The notes under the pieces are model-generated. The model was given only the letters and a program-made list of their open reading frames with translations. It had not been told where the DNA came from and ran no database searches. Positions 57,753 through 64,000 of a stretch of DNA of 64,000 bases are shown piece after piece. Positions within the stretch are counted from its first letter, which is position 1. Each line of letters starts with the position of its first letter. The stretch comes from Eledone cirrhosa (lineage: Eukaryota), in contig OZ024742.1 in NCBI GenBank assembly GCA_964016885.1, positions 215,326,001-215,390,000 on the forward strand. Direction: 5' to 3'. The position numbers and the translations under genes are program-made.

Positions 57753-58011
57753 CTAGCAAAGTTTAGACATATTATTAACCTCCTATACAACTGAACAATC
57801 ATATAGATACATGGATATTAATGTTGTCAACAACAGTTTCGTATTTACAGAGTGGAATGGATGCAAATGAGCGTTTTTTAACCAAATGAAAAAAAAATGA
57901 GATGTCCTACACGAGTGAATGTATAAGGAAAAAGAAAATGAAATCGAAAATGCAAGTGGAGTCTTTTTAAGAATATTTATTTGGTTCCTTTACCGCTTTC
58001 GCAATTCTTGT

Positions 58012-58048
<37 letters not shown>

Positions 58049-58054
<6 letters not shown>

Positions 58055-60121
58055 TAGCAGATTAAAGTATAAGCAAAGTATCGCTGCGTTCACGCTTAAC
58101 GGGATCTTCTGAAACTAAAAAAATCAATATGTGGAAGCAGAAGTAAATATTTCGAAAAACGTTGCAACCGAAGCAAGACAGAAACACGATACTTTGGTTC
58201 GTGGAGACGTTCCCTGGCAAAGAATGAAAAAAAACGAAGATAATATGTCATTATTTGGAGTGGTGAGAACAATTACCCGCAAAGACAAAACCACGTTTAT
58301 AGTATAAATGAAGTCGTAGACTAATATTCTATTAGGTGGTTCATGAAGACTTTCCCTGGCAATGAACGGAAAAACGAAGATAATACGTCATTATGTGGAC
58401 CGTTGAGAACACTTACACGCCAAGACAAAACCACGTTTATGGTATAAATGAAGTCGTAGACTAATATTCTGTTAGGTGGTTCGTGGAGACTTTCCCTGGT
58501 AATGAACGGAAAAACAAAGATGATACGTCATTATGTGGAGCGCTGAGAACAATTACACGCAAAGACAAAACCAAGTTTAAGGTATATCTGAAGTCGTAGA
58601 CTAAAATTCTATTTAGGAATCCGAATGATTCTCGGCTTCAGAGTTAAGAATAATGTAAATGAATTACAGAGGTTATTGAAATCAACAATAGGGTTAACCG
58701 CCAATATATTCAAGCAGCGTCTTTACATGCATATCCAGTCTTTTCTTAACCCTTTAAGAAGGAATATGACGTCACTTTCAGCTTATATCTGGAGTCTAAG
58801 AGACAACCACACCCAATATGGGTAACACTGGGAGATCCTAGATGGTATAATGGAAATAAAAGACCATGTGACGTCTGAGCCGCTGAAGCCCTGGAAATAC
58901 TCTACGCCAATGACCACTCCTTAAACAAAAAATCTGAGGCAATTTCGGCTTGTAAACATAAATTGCACAAAACTTTCCTGTATTACAGCCCAACATTATA
59001 CCCTAACGGATAGTACGAACTATACGCGGATAGTTTACGTCTTGATGTGGTAGCTAAGTATATGTTATGTTTATACCATTACTTATTTGTATAGGTAAGT
59101 ATATATTACCTGTATGTTTTGTGAAGGCATGTATACTTTCTCGTACGCATATTTGCTTGTATTTATTATAGGCGTATATATTACATGGGTTATGGTTTAG
59201 TGTGTACGTGAGTTTTGCGTTTGTGTGTGTATGCTGGTTTGCACGTATGTAGGGTGTGTGTATATGTGTACTTTGTGTTTTGGTTGACGTAGGTTTCGCG
59301 AACATATGTGTATTTACATGTAGGTATGTGTGTGCGCGCGTTATATACGTATGTATGTGTGTATATTTATTACGTTTTTATAATTATATGTATACACGCA
59401 CACACACACAAACATATGTTTTGTTTTTTTTTTATTAATGTGTTATGTGTATTTGGTGTATACGTACGTATGTGTGCGGGTACAGGCGATGCGTGGGTTT
59501 TCGTATGTATGCGCCTATTTGTGTGTACGTACCTGTATTTGCATACCCATGGTGGGTGTTTTCGCGTATGCATGTGTATTTACGTATATGGATGCGTGCA
59601 TGTATATATTTATTATTGTTGATTTCAATAACCTCTGTAATTTATTTACATTATTCTTCACTATGAAGCCGAGAATCATTCGGTTTCCTAAATAGAATTT
59701 TAGTCTACGACTTCATTGCCAGGGAACGTCTCCACGAACCACCTAATAGAATATTAGTCTACGACTTCATTTATACCATAAACGTGTTTTTTTCTTTGCG
59801 TGTAATTGTTCTCACCGGTCCAAATAATGACGTATTATCTTTGTTTTTGTCGTTCTTTGCCAGGGTACGTCTCCACGAACAAAAGTATCGTCTTCCTGTC
59901 TTCCTTCGGTTGCAACGTTTTTCGAAATATTTACTTCTGTGTTCATAGATTGATTTTTTTAGTTTCAGAAGATCCCGTTAAGGGTGAAAGCAGCGATTCT
60001 TTGCTTAAAATTTAATCTGTTATTTTAATGAATATTTGCTCTACGGTTCTTATGTATTTGATATATATTTATCCTTATCGAGCCCTCTTTGGATTTTAGT
60101 CTTCAAATTTATTAGTATTAC
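58049..60121 (+). mobile_element. PLE fold-back with GIY-YIG C-terminal remnant and minisatellite
   Basis: Arms about 58049-58640 / 59660-60028; IGLTANIFKQRLYMHIQSF..TSLSAYIWSLRD..HWEI..LNKKSEAISACKH at 58680-58960. Confidence 0.88.
58196..58612. repeat. About 141-bp tandem repeat, 3 units
   Basis: ggttcgtggagac units start at 58196, 58338 and 58478. Confidence 0.88.
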
Positions 60122-60575
60122 TATATATATATATATATATATAAATTACACAATAATAAAAGCTATGTTCAAATCGTTTTATTGCTGACAATCGTTTATT
60201 CCAAACTTTCGTTTTGGATCATCGGAGCACTAGCAACATTTGTACATATAATTAACCACCTATTCAACTGAACAATCATATAGATACATGGTTATTAATG
60301 TTGTCAACAACGGTTTCGTATTTACAGAGTGGAATGGATGCGACATAGATTACAAGAGAATTGTACAATAATTAAAATTAAAAGTTAATAATTACTGGTA
60401 ATAAGGTAGTAATGAATTACTGACCTTTCCTGTTAATAGTATATAGTGTATACATAACTATAAATAATATAATATATATATATATATATGGAAAGTTATA
60501 TTTAAATTGTTGTGTTACAACTAGTAAATATTTATAACTGATATAAAAGCACTCGACAAATATTTGGAGTATATT

Positions 60576-60934
60576 TACAATATTAAATAAATGGAAACTA
60601 TATTTATAAAACCATATTTATTTCATTATATATATTTCAGGGATAACATATTAACAATATGCTATGCCTTCCTCAGACAAAATACAATATAAACAGTTTT
60701 ATAGATACATAGATTCGACATACCGTAACAACATCTACTTGCATTTGAGAAATCAACCTTCTCAAATGCAAGTAGATGTTGTTACGGTATGTCGAATCTA
60801 TTTATCTATAAAACTGTTTATATTGTATTTTGTCTGAGGAAGGCATAGCATATTGTTAATATGTTATCCCTGAAATATATATAATGAAATAAATATGGTT
60901 TTATAAATATAGTTTCCATTTATTTAATATTGTA
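60576..60934. mobile_element. Near-perfect 359-bp palindrome with two hammerheads
   Basis: 7-nt spacer atcaacc at 60752-60758; the tail 60490-60600 also occurs inverted at about 19770-19890. Confidence 0.92.
60828..60889 (+). ncRNA. Type I hammerhead ribozyme
   Basis: ttttgt-CTGAGGA-agg-c-atagcatatt-gtt-aatatgttat-c-cct-GAAA-TATATA-TA-atgaaa; identical mirror at 60621-60682(-). Confidence 0.82.
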
Positions 60935-60938
60935 TATT

Positions 60939-61013
<75 letters not shown>

Positions 61014-62119
61014 TATGTATGTGTGTGTGAGAGAGAATGAGAGAGAGAGAGTGCGTGTGTGTGCATGTGTGTGTGTGTGGAGCGAGAGAGAGAGAGGAGG
61101 AGAGAAAAGAAATGAGGTAACGAGTGAAGGGTTGACTTAAGAGACGGAGTTAATAAATTAGGGAGGAGCAAATTTAAACATTAATCTCAATTTCAGCACC
61201 TTTCATCTCTGCTAGAATGTCCTAATGTTTATTTAGTTGTCGTTCAAATAGCGGCTCCAGCATACATGAATTTGTTGACATTCCTTTCACGTGACCAAAT
61301 ACATCATCACTAGATATATATTACTGATATCACGAACAAGATCAATAATATCACAATGAAGAAAAAGAAAATCAAATAACTACTATTATCAGAGCAATCA
61401 TTGTTAATGCTAATATCACTAGTAAATATTGTATCAAACCACACAAAATTTGATTGATTGACGTATAGACACATATAGTGTGGAAATAAATGTGCTTTGT
61501 ATTGATATTATGTATATACTAATAGCAATGTCAACAACACGAAATGACATACTGTTATTAAATTGTAGGTCGTTAAATGGAAAACATATACCGTGCAATA
61601 AAACCTGAAAAATTAATCAGGGATTCGCTGAAATGGAAAGGGCTTGTCTCCAACCCCTTCAAAGGTGTACATAACACCAACTCTGTCATCACGACTATCA
61701 GGCAGATAGAAGCTATCTGCCCTCCACAGTTAAAAGAAAGCTGTGTGGTGTTCTTCACGATGGATTCAGCTGATAGCACATAACAGCAAGTGTCCCTCTG
61801 CGTGCATCTCAGATATTCACGGCTGACGGCACTTCCTTGTAGAATTTAACTCGATCTGGCAAAACTCCCCGTTGGCACTGTTAGGCCAGGGATTTCATGA
61901 AACTATACAAGTGGTCCTGGACAAAATTTCCCCCCGAAAAGTGTGGCTAGATGATTTTATTTGATGTCTTGAGTTTCTCCAAAAACGTCGTCGTTTAATT
62001 CACCACTAACCCTGTATAGATCGCCAAGGTGGAGTTTCCACCGATCACATTGCCAGATTCGCGGAGGGCTGTAAGCGCCTGAAGAATTGTCACAGAACTG
62101 CATCTCCATTAAGTATACC

Positions 62120-62390
62120 AGCTAGGGGGACATGCATTTGGTGAACGGCAACCATACCTGTTCACAATTAGGGAAAATATGCCGATGTCTTAGCCTCAGC
62201 ACATGTCTGCGCACCATAAGCGACGGCATTCGCAGTACTCCAAGCAGCGAGTGTTCACAGCAGATGGACCACCTGACCATCGGAACATGTCCTTTCCACA
62301 AGAAGCGGAAGAGCAAATGCTCCAGTGCTGTCAGACCACCGACGACAAGCACCAACCTCGTTGCTAACACCTTGACCAAAATGTTTAACA
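62120..62390 (-). mobile_element. L1/Tx1-like ORF2 fragment (internally deleted)
   Basis: KVLATRL...ALEHLLFRFLWKG..MPSLMVRRHVLRLRH. Confidence 0.65.
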
Positions 62391-62402
62391 CTGCATTTAG
62401 CA

Positions 62403-62470
<68 letters not shown>

Positions 62471-62569
62471 AGAGTAACTGACTGTGGAAATACTGTTAAT
62501 TAGAAACGACCACTAAGTACTAAAGGGATATATAACATTAGATAATGTATTTATTAGATAGATATGTTT

Positions 62570-63610
62570 CTTTTATTTGCCACAAGGGCATCAAAAGTGG
62601 GACAAGTACAATGGGGGGAGTTTACAAAACAAGGCGTCCTCAATAGGGAGGAGGCAATAACAATATATAAAAATAAAATAAAATATAACAAAAAATAGAA
62701 TTATAACAAAATCCTCAATAGAGGATTTTGTTATAAAATATAACAAAAAATAAAATTTATAACAAAATCCTCAATAGAGAGGAGGCGCCTTGGGGGGTCG
62801 CACACACCCCCGAAAAAAGTGTGCAACCCTTTTCCTCAGGAGTACAGAGAGGGGGTGCTCCCTCGTTCCTTCCTCTTTTCCACCTACAGGCTTATGTAAA
62901 GAGAAGGCCCATTCACACGGGCCATTCTCGCCACTTTCACCCACCTTTCATAAAAACGACTGGGGTGCAGCACCTCTCTCTCCATCCTGATCCTTCTTCC
63001 GAAATGATATCGGAAGAAACGGACCAGTTGTTGGCCAGAGAGAAAGGTGCCTGACCTCAGTCCTTTCAGACGCGTCCACCATACAACCTCTTTCGCCATG
63101 GCTATTACGCACAGAAACACCGCCTCTGCTTCATCTTTGAAGGGGGGAGGCGGCTTGATCATTACAATAGACTCGGTGGTCAACCGGATCGGTCCCACCC
63201 TTGACAGCAGTTGTTCGACATAGCCCCACAGATCGGCTACGCCCGAGCATTGTACCAATGCGTGTGCAACGGTTTCCTCGTCGCACACGCATCTGGGACA
63301 GATCTTTTTGGCGAGGTCCCTACCCGGGCGCCCGTGTCTGTAGAGCCTTTCTCGAACGGGTAAAGCTCCTCGGTAGCACTGCCAGGCCAGGGACTTCTGG
63401 AAGTTGTCCATAGGTCCCGGGCTGAATGTCCTACCGAACAGGCTGGCCAGTTCGTCCTCCTCCAAGTCTAGGGCTTCTCCGAGGGCGTCGTCGCACCTGC
63501 TGCGTACCAGCCCTCTATAGAATGTTGCGGTGGAGTCTCCACTGATAACCGGATCCGCCTGCCAGAGGGCGGTGAGCGCCTGGGCACACTCAGTGTGCCA
63601 GGCGCCCAGA
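62570..63610 (-). mobile_element. L1/Tx1-like LINE 3' end with zf-RVT-type domain
   Basis: ORF 63465-62884: KSLAWQCYRGALPVRERL...CPRC..EETVAHALVQC...WGYV; 3' UTR ending aataaa. Confidence 0.85.
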
Positions 63611-64000
63611 TAGATAGATGGACAGACAGATAAGTCACTCGATCGATAGATAGATAGATTGTATACTTATTTGTTTGTTGTATATATCAATATATTACAG
63701 TTTAATATGATTTGATTATTTTCCTTATTGTTAAAGTGTATACATTTTGTTCTCATATAACATTTAAGAAAGGTGTAAAAAAATAATTTTAATAGCAAAA
63801 TGTGAAAAATTGTACTCAAATAATGAGGTGCCAGACAGTCAAAGACAAATTACGTGTCGTAAGTGAACTTTACTACTATGTCTATTTTAAAAATATTGAA
63901 CGCTGAAAAGGAAATTAAAATAGTCTAAAATTAAAATATAGAAAATAATCATAATAAATATAGAAGTATATGCAAACATATGTTTTTAGTTAATGAGGCA

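Noticed and set aside
58196-58612. Regularly spaced repeats suggesting a CRISPR array
   Set aside because: Whole 141-bp units are repeated with no unique spacers and no cas genes

Overview
AT-rich, microsatellite-dense, non-genic eukaryotic DNA. The repeat content suggests a cephalopod, probably Octopus (inferred from the tRNA-derived SINE family, not confirmed). No host protein-coding exon could be supported; most of the ORF track is (TA)n/(CA)n artefact. The window holds decayed transposable elements: three RTE LINE pieces, two CRE-type (RT/RLE) pieces, L1/Tx1-like ORF1 and ORF2 pieces, two Tc1/mariner elements and about 12 SINE copies. The main signal is many Penelope-like element (PLE) derivatives. 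By eye I find about 14 distinct hammerhead ribozyme sequence families (more than 25 copies, counting degenerate ones). Most lie in fold-back (inverted) elements next to (TA)n tracts, with both hammerheads pointing outward, often around a GIY-YIG or RT remnant. They include U3-A8 core variants, palindromic stem III (dimer-type) motifs and long stem II motifs. One 2.3-kb unit with no recognisable ORF is terminally redundant, which hints at a circular or tandem RNA template. All structures and coordinates were read manually; element boundaries are approximate.
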